Translations under genes and position numbers: made by a program
The notes under the pieces: model-generated
What the model was told of the DNA's origin: nothing
Database searches by the model: none
What the model saw: only the letters and a program-made list of their open reading frames with translations
Assembly (NCBI RefSeq): GCF_026210795.1
Contig: NC_089430.1
Coordinates: forward strand, 3,038,001-3,102,000
Length of the DNA stretch: 64,000 bases
Direction: 5' to 3'
From: Rhizophagus irregularis
Lineage: Eukaryota
Shown here: positions 12,166 through 25,961 of the stretch, one piece after another
Position numbering within the stretch: position 1 is the first letter of the stretch
Layout: each line of letters starts with the position of its first letter

Positions 12166-14053
12166 TATATTTATATAAACAACTATTTAATTACTTTTAA
12201 TTTTTTTAAAAAATAGATAAATTATTTAATTTAAATAAGTCATTTAAAGTTATTATATTTTATAAATATACTTATATTAAAAGTATTTTGAGTTTAAATA
12301 AACCTTTGGATTTAAATTTTGTTAGATTTTTAATTGTTTACTTTTATATTAATTGTTCTTTAGTGCATATTCTTTTTAGTAATATGTGCATTTATTATCA
12401 CATGAGTAATTATATAATTTTAAAAATATTTTAACTACTGTATTAATAAGAACCGAATTATATAATACAAATTTTTAAAAGTATTAAATGTGATAACTTC
12501 AATGATTTTAATCTATTAATCTCTTAACTATTTGAAAGATCTAATATTTTAATTATAAATTACAAAAACCTTTAAATTAAATAGATTGAAAATATTTAAT
12601 TTTGATAAATAATTTATTAATACAGTAGTAAGTAAAAAGTCTTTCATAAAAACTTATCCAAATATAACAAGTGAACTTTAGCAATTAAAACTATAAACAA
12701 GTACGGCTTGTAATTTTAAAAGTAGATTTAATGGTCTTGTAACCAAAAGGCATTACAGCAAATAAAACCTGCATGTAAATAAAGTTTTAAACCCAGGAAA
12801 TCTTCATATTATTTGAAAATTATCTAAAAAAAATTAAAGGAGTCATAATTGAGAAAATATTTATTTATTTATTTGTAATGTGAAAAATGTGAAAAAAATA
12901 TATAATCAAATGATTAATTTCCGACCGAATTTGTGACACATGAAAGACATGATTTTACATAACGGACAAACAGGGTTACCCATTTTGCTATTGCGTAAAT
13001 AAATGGACAGGTGAACATTAACCCTGAAGATCAAGAAAGAAAGTAAATTATAAACGTGGTTACATATGATGTAATTCGCTTATAAATGAGATGTTAGAGT
13101 TCAATTTCAATTTCTATCTACGATAAATTTTCTTCGGGTAAATATTTAAAGAAATACGGTCCGTATTTTTCCAATAAAGTTATCGATATACAGACAAATT
13201 AATTATCAGCTAATCGAGGTGCTATCAATGTCATGTCATGCATGAGATTTAATATTTAACTAATAATTTTAATAATTTTCTGCATATACAGTAATTGTAT
13301 ACCTAATTTCTTAGCTGTAAAACTAACAGAACGACAGAACGTGGTAATTTCGAACCAACCAAGATAGGGAATTAATATATTTTAATATTGGATCTGTATG
13401 AATTCCTCCAATTTCAATTTATCTAGTACATTTCCCCAAAGTACAACCCCAAGTTAGAGGTTATGTAACATTTTTACATATTTGGTTAAATTTTAAAAGT
13501 TAAAACCCCCAAATAAATCGGCAATTGCTGCAATGGTTGTATAGAAACTATCAATCTAGAACTATCAACGATTTGCATATGATCTTTTTTTTTTCCGACC
13601 GATAAATAAATTAATGCCTATCGTCATTAACAAATTCTTAAATTTTTTTTTTGTTTTTTTTTCTTTATTCTGCTCTAAAGTTTTTTTCTTTCTATAATTC
13701 AAAATAAAAGAGGAAAAAACACTTTATTATTATTAAAGTGTTTTTTTCGCTTTTGTTTTTCGCTTATTAATTTATTAGAACAATTACAACACTCTTGTCA
13801 TAATTTTCACTATTCATACGGGCGTTAATTTTCCGACAACTCCGAAATAATTTTCTTTAATTTATTTTATTTTTCATTGTAAATATTTTCTATTTATACA
13901 TGTTACATTTCATTTTTCATATTTACATTTTCATATTTTCATAACAATAGCACGTGTTTAATAAAAAATCACTTCACAACCTTCAAAGCACAATCTAAAC
14001 TTTCACGATATTTATTATTCCCATTTTACAAATTACAAAAGAAAAAGCTTTAA

Positions 14054-16491
14054 ATGTTTGTTAGACCAAGTTTAGTTGGTGGTACCTTAGGGCGTTCAAA
14101 TTGGAAATCAATAAAAGAATCTCCTTATTTCGTTTTACAACAGAGAGGTAATAACGCTCCTACTCAACAAAATAATAATAAAAGAAGACATTATACCGAA
14201 TACAGAATTATAACTAAGGGTTTTCCACACTATAGAGGTAAATAAACTGGTTAAGGAAGTGAAAGTTGGTTTATATAACGGTTCCTTATTATTTTTGCTT
14301 TTTTATGCAGTTTCAGATAATGATGATTTAAATCAGATACAAGATGCTTTTGATATATTACATGATGAAGTGTTACCAGAGGTAGAAGGGAAAAAGACAT
14401 CAAAAAAAATACTAAAACAACTAAAATCATGGTGTGCGAGTAATGAAAATGTGAGTTGACAAAAAATTTTTTTTAAAAAAAATTATAAATCATATTTAAA
14501 TTTTTGACTCTTCACTTTAGTTGACATTGCCTTCTGATGAAGAAGGAGATGGATACGCCACAGATACGTCAATAACCCCAGAAGAAGGAAATTCTTCAAA
14601 TGAAATGGAGGATCAAGATAATGATAATTATCCATTAGTGTCTCCTGAAGTTAATATAAGTAGCAATTCTTCATCATCTTCAACAAAATCCGAAAATGCT
14701 GCTATAATATCACTGACAACACCAATAACTAATAGTAAGGGGAAATCAACAATGATTACTGTGGGAGAAGATCATGATATACCGGAACAATTAGATTTCA
14801 CCGTAAATAATTCAGATTCTTCAGATACACAATCATCTGATGGGTCAGACAACGAAGGAGGCGCAGGAGACGAGAATAATATAAATTCTAACGGTCCTGT
14901 GGTAGATGATTGGGTTTCTACAGGTGCCTCTATGTTAGATTCATTAATGGGCTGGTTAGAAGGTCCACCTTTGGAGAGCGCTATCGCTTCTTCATCATCT
15001 TCAAGACATGTTAATAATAATGCATCATCTAATAATAAAAATCAAACCATCTTGGATATCCCAATGCAATTTATTGATTTATTAACTTACCCAGAAATTG
15101 ACCCAAAGGCTTCTAAAAAAGCTTCCTTTGCAGGTATTTAAGTTTGTACATTGGGTGGAGTGTGAATTTTTTTTCTATTTTTTTAAAAAATTTTTTTTTT
15201 AGTATTGCGGGAGATATCGTTTGTAAAACAAAGACGAAAAGTGTTATTTTTAATTACATCATATATGTTTATAATGCGGTTATGTTCGTTCGACTTATTT
15301 TTGGTGTTGGTGTTCGCCAGTAATTGTGCAATGTTATTCTTGATGAAAAATTCGGGAAAAGTTAATGTTACCATGGCAAAAAGGGCCGTTAGACAAAGAA
15401 TTGGATGGGCTAAACAATGGGCCGGTTCTTTATTTAAGAATAAAACTAATAATATTGCGCATAATATTACTGGACAAAGTAGTAGTAGGAAAAACAATAA
15501 CATTAATTCAAACGCTTATATTAATACTGTTAATACTGGAGCAATAAATAATGTTGGTGCGGTAGGAGTTAAAATTACTCCAACTTCACCAACACGAACT
15601 ACAAATATGACGAAATCGGCATCACAGGATGCTATACAAAGTGGAAGTATAAGTGATACAACGCATGGTGGAAACGTATCAAACAAAATTATTATACCTA
15701 AACGTGGAGTGTTTTTTCGTAATAAAAATAACCAAACGGGTACGACATCGCAAACATATAATAAGGAGGACAAAGTCATCTCGTCAACTACGGAAACTTC
15801 ACCTTTAACTGGATCTTCTCTATTACAAAAATCGTCATCAGATTATTCACTTCCATCAACAGTTGGAGTGAATCTTTCAGTACAATCTTCAAATCCTCAA
15901 TTTTCATCACCTATTTCAGGAGGAGGAGGAGGAAGTGTTAATGAATCATCACAGTCAACCAATACATTTTCAAATACAGCCATAATACAAAGTCCTACGA
16001 CGAAAAGGAGATTTTTTACTAAACGTAATAATCCTTCTAATAATAATCATAATTTTAATCATAATAATAATTATACGCTGCCACATATAGTTCCTTCTTC
16101 TCCGTTACAAAGTGGATTAATTACAAATACATCACCAGAGAATTTGAATGATTCTTCTTCCAACTATAAACTATCTCAATCAGTATCAACTTTTGCTATA
16201 GCAAGTGTTACAAATTCCACAGGAGGTATTATTGAAGCGGTAAATGGAAATGAAGGTAGTAATGAAGGATTACAGCAAATTAATAATAATGGTCCAACGT
16301 TTACCACTGATAGCGATTTAATAGCTAATGATTCTTATTGCGAAGGTGAGATATTAAAATTTTTAGCTGATTTAAAAGTAAAATAAATTATAGTTATATA
16401 GTCTCTGAATTATTACTTATTATTAGATTAAGTTTAAATTTAAATGACGGTTGTTATATTTTATTTTTTACCCTTCTCCCTTTTAGGTTGA
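14054..16491 (+). CDS. Uncharacterised protein with a central hydrophobic segment and Ser/Asn-rich low-complexity regions; exons 14054-14237, 14311-14450, 14521-15133, 15203-16345, 16487-16491
   Basis: Four GT-AG introns with consistent phases join the listed ORFs. Hydrophobic stretch VLFLITSYMFIMRLCSFDLFLVLVFASNCAMLFLM. The last micro-exon is less certain; the alternative stop is at 16386. Confidence 0.8.
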
Positions 16492-16736
16492 TCTGTTATA
16501 TATTACATATACATTCAATGCATTTAGATAACGAACAAAATTCAACATCTTGTAAATTAACGGTCGTAGAATAGAGTTTGTCATTTAGTAATGATAATTT
16601 AGCGGGTTTCAAATTGGGGAGTAATTAACTGTAAATGATTTTTGTAAATTTTTTATTTGATTTTTTATTTTATTTATTTTATTTTATTTTTTTTGAGGAA
16701 AAAATAGAATAATATTAACATAAATAATAAATATGA

Positions 16737-18170
16737 TCATTCAAAGGGAACTTCAACCCCAAATTTTTGAATAATACCTAATTCTTTATATTGTTCAATT
16801 ACCTTCATAATTTCTTTATTTGCACTTAAAGGTAGATTCCAATAATCATCCTTAATGCTAATTAATGTAATTGGTATTCGATTTTTCCAGTTCATAAGAA
16901 AAGATTCTAAATCTTTAGGTTGTAAATTTGATGACATTTCATGGTATATCTTTAATTCATAAAAATTTTTTTGTGAATATTTTGTAATAATTTCCAACAT
17001 TTCCTTGTCTTCTGAATTGTAATCATAAAACCAAACTTTAATACTTTCTAAATGTTGGCAACCTTTAAAAATAACTTTTAAGGTATCACAACCAGTATTA
17101 TCCATAAATATTGAAGAAATCTTTTTAAGATTCGGACAAAATTGAACAATTAATGAACTTAATGAACAATCAATACCATCTATATTCAATTCTTCAAGAT
17201 TCTTTCCATTATTTTCAAAGAATTTCACTAATATTTCATCTTTTGGACGTGAAAAATGAATTTTTAAAATTTTTAAATTTGAAAAAATTACATTCTGTAA
17301 TTCTTTAAAAGAAGTTTGACCCATTAAGGTAAGTTCTTGTAAATTTGTATATGAAGTGATAAATGAAGTTGGTGCATTACTTTCACGTACATCTACTTTT
17401 AATTTAATTATAGTATTTGAAATTTTTATTAAAGCAGGAGTAATGTTTGTCCAATCTTTTTCATAAGATGATAAATTCAAACTTTTTAAATTATTTTGTA
17501 AAGAAATAAAATCTGCCAACCCATTTGAAATAAAATCTTGAAATTCTATAGTAAGTGATTGTAAATTACGACATATTTGAGAGAGCTGATAAAAAAATTC
17601 TGGATAAACATCTGAATTACAGCACAATTCTGAAAGGTTTTTCAAACAATCTTTCGCTCCAGGAAAACATGCGAAATGTATATTAAATGGAATAATTCTA
17701 TAACTATTCAAGTAATATTCCAATCTTTTCAGAGATGATATTTGATTCATAAACATTTTGATAATTTCTTGTGCTATTAAATGTTTATTATAATCTAAGC
17801 TTAAAGAAGTAATAAAATTTTGGTTTTCAAGAACATGTTGAATAATGCTATCTAATTCACTAAATGAAAGTACTTTTATAAATGAAGCATAATTAAATAA
17901 TGGCGGCTTCGAAATAGGAGGTGAAATGGTTATTTCATTTTTATTTAAAAAGTCTTTTGATTCATCGGGAAGGCAATTAATTAAGGTACTAATTATTGCG
18001 AATGGTGCATGAGTTCGACTATATCGAAAATTCCAAATATTCCTCCATAGAATTCTAACCGCACTTTCACACCAAAAACGATTAACTAATAAACATGAAT
18101 ATAAAGTGATTTTATCTTCATCTAAATATTCAAATATTTCATTTACACATTCAAAAGGAAGTTTAGACAT
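16737..18170 (-). CDS. F-box + LRR/RNI-like protein
   Basis: N-terminal LPFECVNEIFEYL...LYSCLLVNRFWC F-box followed by LxxLxL repeats; 477 aa, single exon. Confidence 0.9.
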   Translation of the reverse strand: MSKLPFECVNEIFEYLDEDKITLYSCLLVNRFWCESAVRILWRNIWNFRYSRTHAPFAIISTLINCLPDESKDFLNKNEITISPPISKPPLFNYASFIKVLSFSELDSIIQHVLENQNFITSLSLDYNKHLIAQEIIKMFMNQISSLKRLEYYLNSYRIIPFNIHFACFPGAKDCLKNLSELCCNSDVYPEFFYQLSQICRNLQSLTIEFQDFISNGLADFISLQNNLKSLNLSSYEKDWTNITPALIKISNTIIKLKVDVRESNAPTSFITSYTNLQELTLMGQTSFKELQNVIFSNLKILKIHFSRPKDEILVKFFENNGKNLEELNIDGIDCSLSSLIVQFCPNLKKISSIFMDNTGCDTLKVIFKGCQHLESIKVWFYDYNSEDKEMLEIITKYSQKNFYELKIYHEMSSNLQPKDLESFLMNWKNRIPITLISIKDDYWNLPLSANKEIMKVIEQYKELGIIQKFGVEVPFE

Positions 18171-18638
18171 CCTTTGTTTTATTTTTAATAGGAATACTTC
18201 AAGAGAGTTTTAAAAGTGTGAGAATTTTTTTTTTTTTTGTTGTTTGTTTCAGCGTAACTTCGAAAAAATGATAGCCGAATTTATTAGCCAGGTCACATAC
18301 AATAAACAATTAAGGTATGACATTTAATTGATACAATTAGCATTTTTTTTCAAAAAAAAAAAATATATAATTAGGCATAATAAAGTGACGTATGCAACAA
18401 ATTCACTAAGATGACGTAAATCACGTGCCCTTGTGCGAAACTTCGAAATTTTTTTTTCTCGATATTATCCTCTATATCCAATCGCCTACTAACAAATATT
18501 TTCAAAGTTGAATTATATATTTTCTTAATAAATTCTGACAATACCATCTATACTTAATTCTATCTTTTAGTCATTAAATAAATTTGACCACCTTATTTTT
18601 GTTATAGCAAGCGTGGCAATTGACTTTTTTAGATTCAA

Positions 18639-19724
18639 TTATCCACTAATAAATCTTTTAAGATTTGGACAAATTTGAACTATAGATTCTCTTAATGAAT
18701 TGTCAATACCATCTATATTTAATTCTCTAAGATTCTTTCCATTATTTTCAAGAAATTTTATTAATATTTCATCTTTTGGGCGTTCAGCAGGTATTTTTAA
18801 AATTTTTAATTTTGGTAAAATAACATATTGTAATTCTTCAAAAGAAATTTGACCAATTAAAGTAAGTTCTTGTAAATTTGAATAAGTAGTAATAAATAAC
18901 ATTGGTACATCATTTTCTCCTCCATGTACATTTAATTTAATTAAAGTATTGGAAAGTTTTCTTAAAGGAGGTATAATATCAGTCCAATCTTTTGTTCCGA
19001 AAGATAATAAATTTAAATCTTTTAGATTCTTTTGTACAGAAATAAAATCTGCCAAACCATTTGAAATAGAATCTCGAAATTCTATAGTAAGTGATTGTAA
19101 ATTATGGCATATTTGAGATAATTGATAAAAAAATTCTGGATAAACATCTGAACTACAACATAATTCTGAAAGATCTATCAAACAATCTTTCGCTCCATGA
19201 AAGTAGGTAAAATGTATATTAAATGGAATATTTGTAAAATTATTCCAATAATATAATTTTTTCAAAGAAGGTATTTGATTCATAAACATTTTAATAATTT
19301 CTTGTGCTATTAAATGTTTATTGTAATCTAAACTTAATAAATTAATAGGTTGTTTATTTTCAAGAATATGTTGAACCATTTCATCAAATCTATTAATCGA
19401 AAGAACTTTTATAAATGAAGCATAATTAAACAACGGTGGCTTTGGAGTGGGTGTTGAAATAAATATTCCATTTTTATTTAAAAAATCTTTTGATTCATCG
19501 GGAAGACAAGAGATTAGAGTACTAATAATTGCGAATGGTACATGAGTTCGGTATGGCATATAATCTACGCTATATCGAAAATTCCAAATATCCCTCCATA
19601 AAATCCTAACCGCACTTTTACACCAAGGACGATTAACTAACAAACATGAACGCAAATTAATTTTATTATCATCTAAATATTCAAATACTTCATTAATACA
19701 ATCAACAGGAAGTTGATGAGACAT
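18639..19724 (-). CDS. F-box + LRR protein, C-terminally truncated paralogue (possible pseudogene)
   Basis: Highly similar to 16737-18170 but stops after CPNLKRFISG. Eroded LRR-like sequence lies downstream (~18450-18560). Confidence 0.8.
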   Translation of the reverse strand: MSHQLPVDCINEVFEYLDDNKINLRSCLLVNRPWCKSAVRILWRDIWNFRYSVDYMPYRTHVPFAIISTLISCLPDESKDFLNKNGIFISTPTPKPPLFNYASFIKVLSINRFDEMVQHILENKQPINLLSLDYNKHLIAQEIIKMFMNQIPSLKKLYYWNNFTNIPFNIHFTYFHGAKDCLIDLSELCCSSDVYPEFFYQLSQICHNLQSLTIEFRDSISNGLADFISVQKNLKDLNLLSFGTKDWTDIIPPLRKLSNTLIKLNVHGGENDVPMLFITTYSNLQELTLIGQISFEELQYVILPKLKILKIPAERPKDEILIKFLENNGKNLRELNIDGIDNSLRESIVQICPNLKRFISG

Positions 19725-21403
19725 TTTTTCTTAAAAAAAAAAATGTTTTAAAGCAAAAGTAAAATGAGAAAAAAATTGAAAAAGGTTTACTTCATATAAA
19801 ATAAATAATATTTTTTTTTGTGATTGATTGGTTCGATCAAGTTCTGAAAAGATTTTACCGTATCATTGCAAATCATGCACATGTGGAACATAATTTTTTT
19901 TTACATCAATGCAATATTCCGAATATGATATAATATAACGTCTTATGGCAATAAAAAATCGGAGTTGTTGACGTGATAAAAGAAGACTAATACTTTGTGT
20001 AACGATGATAATATATGCCTAAACGCTAGTAATTTACATCTAGGCATTTTAAGTTATATTCAATCACGCATTCTACTCTTATTATTTTTAGGTAACATCG
20101 TTTTTGTATTAGAATCGTTAAAATCGACTTTATCTCATAGTATTATACAATAATATTTATAAATTGATTAGATTTTATTTCATAGATTGAAGTGCATAAT
20201 TATTTATCTCGTGACTAATAAATATCAATAAAAATTAGAATCGGGTTTACTATAATAAAAAAAATTATATGATATGTTACTAAAAAAGATCGTATGGAAT
20301 TTTAATTCTAATAGTAGAATATTTTTTTTTATATAAATAACGATATGTGCATTATATGAGAATACCATCCCATGTATATACATGTACGATCTTAATGTAA
20401 ATTATGCTCTGGCAACATTTCAGTAGGATGTACATTGATAACATACACACGGGAAGACTTTAATTCATTTAAATTTTAAAATCTGATCCATTAAAAACTA
20501 TCCAGTGATCCCGAGTTCCAGAGGGCAAATGATTGGACAAAAAAATATCACGTAGTGACACACTGCTTTAAATTTATCAAAAGGTGTACGATATAAATAT
20601 ATAATTATGGATATATATTCATAACTATATATGGTCAAACTGAATGAGTAATTCCAAAAAACAAAAATATTACTATAATTAAGGAACAAACCAGTCCATT
20701 ATTTTCGTAGTGCAGTGACCTTTATTATACTGTTTGTATGCTAATAATGAATACATCACATGACAAAATTTTTATAATCATCTTATGACCCATTTTTAAA
20801 TTTGAATCGAAAAATAACTCTAAAGTTCACTATAACTTTATATGGTGTCGAAAGTCTGTACTAGACAATAATAATGTAACTTTCAACACTTTAAATAAAA
20901 CAATTGTGAAAAATACTTTATTCTTCAAGTCAAATGCTATTAAATTTTCAAGATATTTTATTTTATTAAATTAGAGAAACATGAATGATTTTCAGCGGGC
21001 AAAATTTATAATGTTATGTACATAAAGCAAAAGGACAACTGCAGATTAATATCACACTTTTATGATATGATCTATAGCTGCATTGATTATTATTATATTG
21101 TCATTTTTCTCTATCTTATCTCATTGTTCATAATGTTAAATATTAAATAAAATATTAATACATATGTTATAAAGTTTTATATATGCCGATATAAAAATTT
21201 AGTAAACTTTGGATTTTTATTGGCTAATTTTAAGTTATATAATTTACTGGTTCAAGTCTGAAATAAAATTATATGATTGTCAAATACTAGAGAATATTTT
21301 TCAATTATTTTAGGTCCCTGTATAAAAAAAAATAATCATATTAATTGATCAGATAAATTTATTTTTAAAATAGTATTGTATATCATACATTGCATACTAA
21401 GAT

Positions 21404-21799
21404 TAAAGATGTAGTATGTAATTGATAATTACTACCTTGTATTGTAATAGTAAGGGTTGCAACCTATTACTACTTTTAAAGTTAAAGTGTTGTAATATTA
21501 CAATACTTATGATTATTCAAAAATTTTCTTTTTGAAAAATAAAAATTACAAAAATAAGTTTTTATAGAACAAATATCATCATAAAAAGAAATGATTAATA
21601 TATTATAATATATATTTGTATAATTGAAAATAATTACAACACTATATAATAATTACAATACTAGTACTAATTATAATACTATATAATAATAATTATAATA
21701 TTGTGTATTTGTGTTGTAATTAAAACAAAAGTGTTGTATGTATGTTGTAATAATTGCAACCTTACAACCTTTTAAAAATAATTACATATCACATCTTTA
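21404..21799. mobile_element. hAT-type MITE
   Basis: 20-bp TIR TAAAGATGTAGTATGTAATT / AATTACATATCACATCTTTA; exact 8-bp TSD ACTAAGAT at 21396-21403 and 21800-21807. Confidence 0.85.
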
Positions 21800-22010
21800 A
21801 CTAAGATTTATTATTGACATTATTTATTTTACAGGATTCTTCTGAGTGTCTAAAGGAAATAACTAGAAATTATATCATTTCTGGCCATCCTTTAAGCTAA
21901 GGTTAATACCCCAACTGTTTTTTAAATAGTTGCAAAATTATGCCTATATAATAAAACTTATAGTTGCAGATTGTAGATTGTAAGTTGTAAATAGTAAGAC
22001 TTAGTTGTGA

Positions 22011-22532
22011 CATCAGGAAATTTGTTTAGGCGTAATTTAGTGTAATATTTCGAAGGTGGTGTAAAATTTCGAAATATTACACTAAAAACGTAATATTACA
22101 AAAGTTTACGCTCTTAAATTTGAATAATTATAGTAATTTAAGAATATCTCGCTATCTACTGATCCAATCAAGACGATCTATAGCTCATTGGAATCAGCTC
22201 ATCAAGACGGATCGAATGGTAGTAAAATCGTATCTTTACGTTTGATAGATGATTTTCTATTAATTTAAAACTTTACTGCATACTATAGAGCGTTCTATCA
22301 ACTGTAGAAATGCGATTTTACTACCATTCGATCCGTCTTGATGAGCTGATTCCAATGAGCTATAGATCGTCTTGATTGGATCAGTAGATAGCGAGATATT
22401 CTTAAATTACTATAATTATTCAAATTTAAGAGCGTAAACTTTTGTAATATTACGTTTTTAGTGTAATATTTCGAAATTTTACACCACCTTCGAAATATTA
22501 CACTAAATTACGCCTAAAAAAATTTCCTGATG
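22011..22532. mobile_element. Palindromic (foldback) element with 220-bp arms
   Basis: 22011-22230 is the reverse complement of 22313-22532 (1 mismatch seen). CATCAGG...CCTGATG ends are flanked by GA on both sides. Confidence 0.92.
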
Positions 22533-22914
22533 GACATTATCTCTACTTTTAAGCAGGGTTTTTATAATAATTAAATAATCTGAATCCAAAGCAATAAACA
22601 TCACTATTGATTAATTAAATTAATTTGCATATTTTTTATTTTTTTATTTTTTTTTTTACCATTTTTATTCTTATAATATTTTAAAATTTAATAAATAAGA
22701 AAATTAAATATACTAGATTAATATATTTGTATATATTGTCAAAATTCAATATAATTTAGGATTTAAAATTGAAATTTGAGATTTGAACTATAATAAAATT
22801 AATAAAATTAATCTGGAACTTAGAATTAGTACTATATAAAATTAAAATTTGGAATTTAATTTAAATAGATCTAAAAAATCCTTTTCTGATTGTTATTTTA
22901 AGTATCCTTTCTAA

Positions 22915-23359
22915 GCACAGATATTACACTGGTAAAAAAATGGTCTATCCTACACATATCCTACACATATCTTACATATATCGGGTACTCAAAATGTAGA
23001 AAATCATACACAAATAATACACATATTATACACATATCGGGTACTTATATATATAGTATACCTATCAGGTACCTGATATATGTATGATATATATATTTAA
23101 GTCACCCGATATATGTATGATACGCGTATTATTTATGCATGATTTTCTACATTTTGAGTACCCAATATGTGTAAGATATGTGTAGGATAAATCATTTTTT
23201 TACCAGTGATTACCTAATATTCTAGGGGGAAGGGGGGTAATTAAAAATCTTAGGTTACATATATACTATATAAGGAAATTACATATATAATATATCTTAC
23301 CTGGGAAAGGGGGGGTAAGCTCTTATAATAAACTGATATTAGGTAATATCTGTCATTGC
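22915..23359. mobile_element. Mutator-like MITE with 9-bp TSD, hosting a nested insertion
   Basis: TSD CCTTTCTAA at 22906-22914 and 23360-23368; TIR ACAGATATTACCTAATAT (split by the insertion) / ATATTAGGTAATATCTGT. Confidence 0.75.
22927..23208. mobile_element. Palindromic CACTG-ended MITE nested in the left TIR of the previous element
   Basis: CACTGGTAAAAAAA...TTTTTTTACCAGTG; internal CCTACACATAT repeats are mirrored; ATTA flanks both ends. Confidence 0.85.
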
Positions 23360-25046
23360 CCTTTCTAAATTAACTATAACTTAAATTTTTTTTGCTCTTT
23401 TTTTCATCAATCTAAGATGGGTATATATGACATTATTACTTTATTAATAAAAAAAGCTAATAATACTTTTAAAATTTAAATATTAATATATTATATACTA
23501 TATGCAAAAATTTTAATATTCTTTTATTTTATAGTAAAAATATTTCATTTTTTTTTTATAATACTAGTTGTTTTATCTTTTTAAATTTGTTTTCTTATAT
23601 TTTAAGTTTAATTACTTTTTCCTTAATAATTTTATTGTTAAATTAATTTGATTATATAACAAATATTTATTATTTTATATAGAATTATTTACTTAAATTT
23701 CTCTAAAATTTTACAATTAATTTCACCAAGATTTTACTATAATTTTATTGTAATTTTAGCAAAATTTTAGCAATTTTAATATTTACATTTTTTTAAATAT
23801 AAAAAAACTGGTAGTTAATTTTTATTAAGATTTTAAATAGTTCATTAGTTATATAATACTTTTTAGAATACTAATTTACTATAATATAGTTTTATATTGA
23901 AAAATATGATTACCAGAAGAATAGATAAGAAACTAATTAGTAATAGCTATAATATTTAACAAATTTCTGGTTTTATATAATATAATTGTAAATACAACTC
24001 CTATTTTATATAATAAATAAAAAAAAAAAGTGGTATATTATTTTTTTTAGTATTTAATTTAACTTCAAATTTATTCAGATTTAGAAAAATTGAATCTTAT
24101 ATTTAGGTAAAAAGTTATCTAACTTATTTTTTATTTTTTTTTTATTAATCTAAATATTTAAGAAATATTCTTTTAGTTTCAATTTTTTATAAAACCAATT
24201 ACTTTATTATTAATTATATATAAGATTTTAAATTCAATTAAACATATATAAAGTATTATTATTATATTAACTAAAATATATATTATATCTATTTAATTTC
24301 CAGTCATACTATAAATAAAAAAAAAATATATCTATTTAATTTTACTTTAATTAATTTTAATGCAAATTTATCTAAATAATTAATACTTTTAACTTTATAT
24401 TGTTAATAATATTCCTTTAAATTTTATTAGATATACAGATTATTTTTCAATTTATTGTAATAGAAATTGTTTTTTTTTTGAAATATTAAGATTTTACAAT
24501 ATTATTTAAAATTTATTACTTTTATTAAGATTATTCTGTATATATTAAATTAAATTTTAATACTTTTTTCTTGAAATATATTATTTAGGAATCTTATATA
24601 ATGTAAATAATCAAATACATTTTTACAAATTTTTTGGCAACTAGTAATTAGATTTTAGTAATTTTGGTATTATTTGAATTATTTTATCAAATAAATTAAA
24701 TGGTAATAAAATCATAACTTTAAAATTACTAATAAATAAAAATTTTTAGATTTTATAAGTTATCCTGTTACATAATATTTGTAGAAGGATAATTTTATTT
24801 CTATTAAATTCTTCTTATTAAGATGTATCAAATAGTAGTAATTTTATATTTCTAAAATTAATGAATAAAAAGATATTTAATTTAAAAAATTTAACTACTA
24901 TTTATTATAATTTGTTAATCATTTACTTTTAAAAAATCATTAATCAAATTAAATTTTTTTTTAATTTTTACTTAGAAAATACTATAGAATTTATCACAAA
25001 AATATTGGTTTATATAATAAAATATTTTAAGATATTTAAAAAGAAC

Positions 25047-25287
25047 AGAACCTGCTTACTTCTAATAAAGGTCTTTGGAAAAAATTTTAAATTTACTAGT
25101 AATTTTACTAGTGATCCTATTGGATAATTGATTTAAAAAGGAAAAAAATCATAATAACTTAATGTAATATTTCTTTTTTTAGATGTAATTTATCTATATA
25201 TAGTAGAATTTTCAAAAATTCTCAATTATAAATTTTACTTCAAGTTTCTGAATTCTGATAACTTATTTTATAAATAAGTGAGATCCT
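25047..25287. mobile_element. Diverged copy of the 4487-4712 MITE
   Basis: Shares the GCTTACTTxTAATAAAGGTC end, internal AAAAAGGAAAAAAATCATAATAA and the TATAAATAAGYGAG end. Confidence 0.65.
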
Positions 25288-25683
25288 AAAAGGATCTAGA
25301 GTCAAAAATTTTTTATTATAAGCTGTACGTATTTTTTCAGAACCAGAATTGTGATAATGTCAGTTAGTTACTATAATAGGAAATAAAATTCTGACTGGCA
25401 TTATTAAAAATTATCTAAAAAAGGAAAGATTTTATGATTTTTTTAGTTTAAAATACATAAACTCAAACCTGACTCTTATATATATATTTCTGGATACTAT
25501 TTAAAAGTATTTTTAACTAAAAAATAAAATTGCAGGTAAATTTAACTGCAAAATAGTTTAAGGGATATAATTAAAATTAAAATTAAAAATTATTACTACA
25601 GTTAATTCCCTTTATAGTTACATCTCTTGAAAGTTGAAACTGAAAAAAAAGGTGTAATTATAAAAAAAGTCATATATTATAAT

Positions 25684-25961
25684 CAGGGTTGGGAAATGTA
25701 CTGTACTGAGTTTTTTTAGTACAAGTACATTTTTTATATAAATTACAGAGGCATATATACCCTGGTTTTAAGTGGTCCAGTGATTAGATTTTGATAAAAT
25801 TAAGCTCATTAAATTCAAGTTAGCATTTGAAGTAACTTTATATATAAATTATTAAATATATGGTATTTAAAATTTTAAGTACAATGTACTAATTGTACTG
25901 TATAGTACAGTACAGTACTATACTAAAATTTTGCCTTATACACCATATTTTTCCAATCCTG
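25684..25961. mobile_element. hAT-type MITE
   Basis: CAGGGTTGGGAAA...TTTCCAATCCTG; 8-bp flanks ATTATAAT / ATTATAAC; GTACT/AGTAC subterminal repeats. Confidence 0.7.

Noticed and set aside
23400..25000. Possible decayed transposase ORF in the AT-rich block
   Set aside because: No motif could be recovered by eye.
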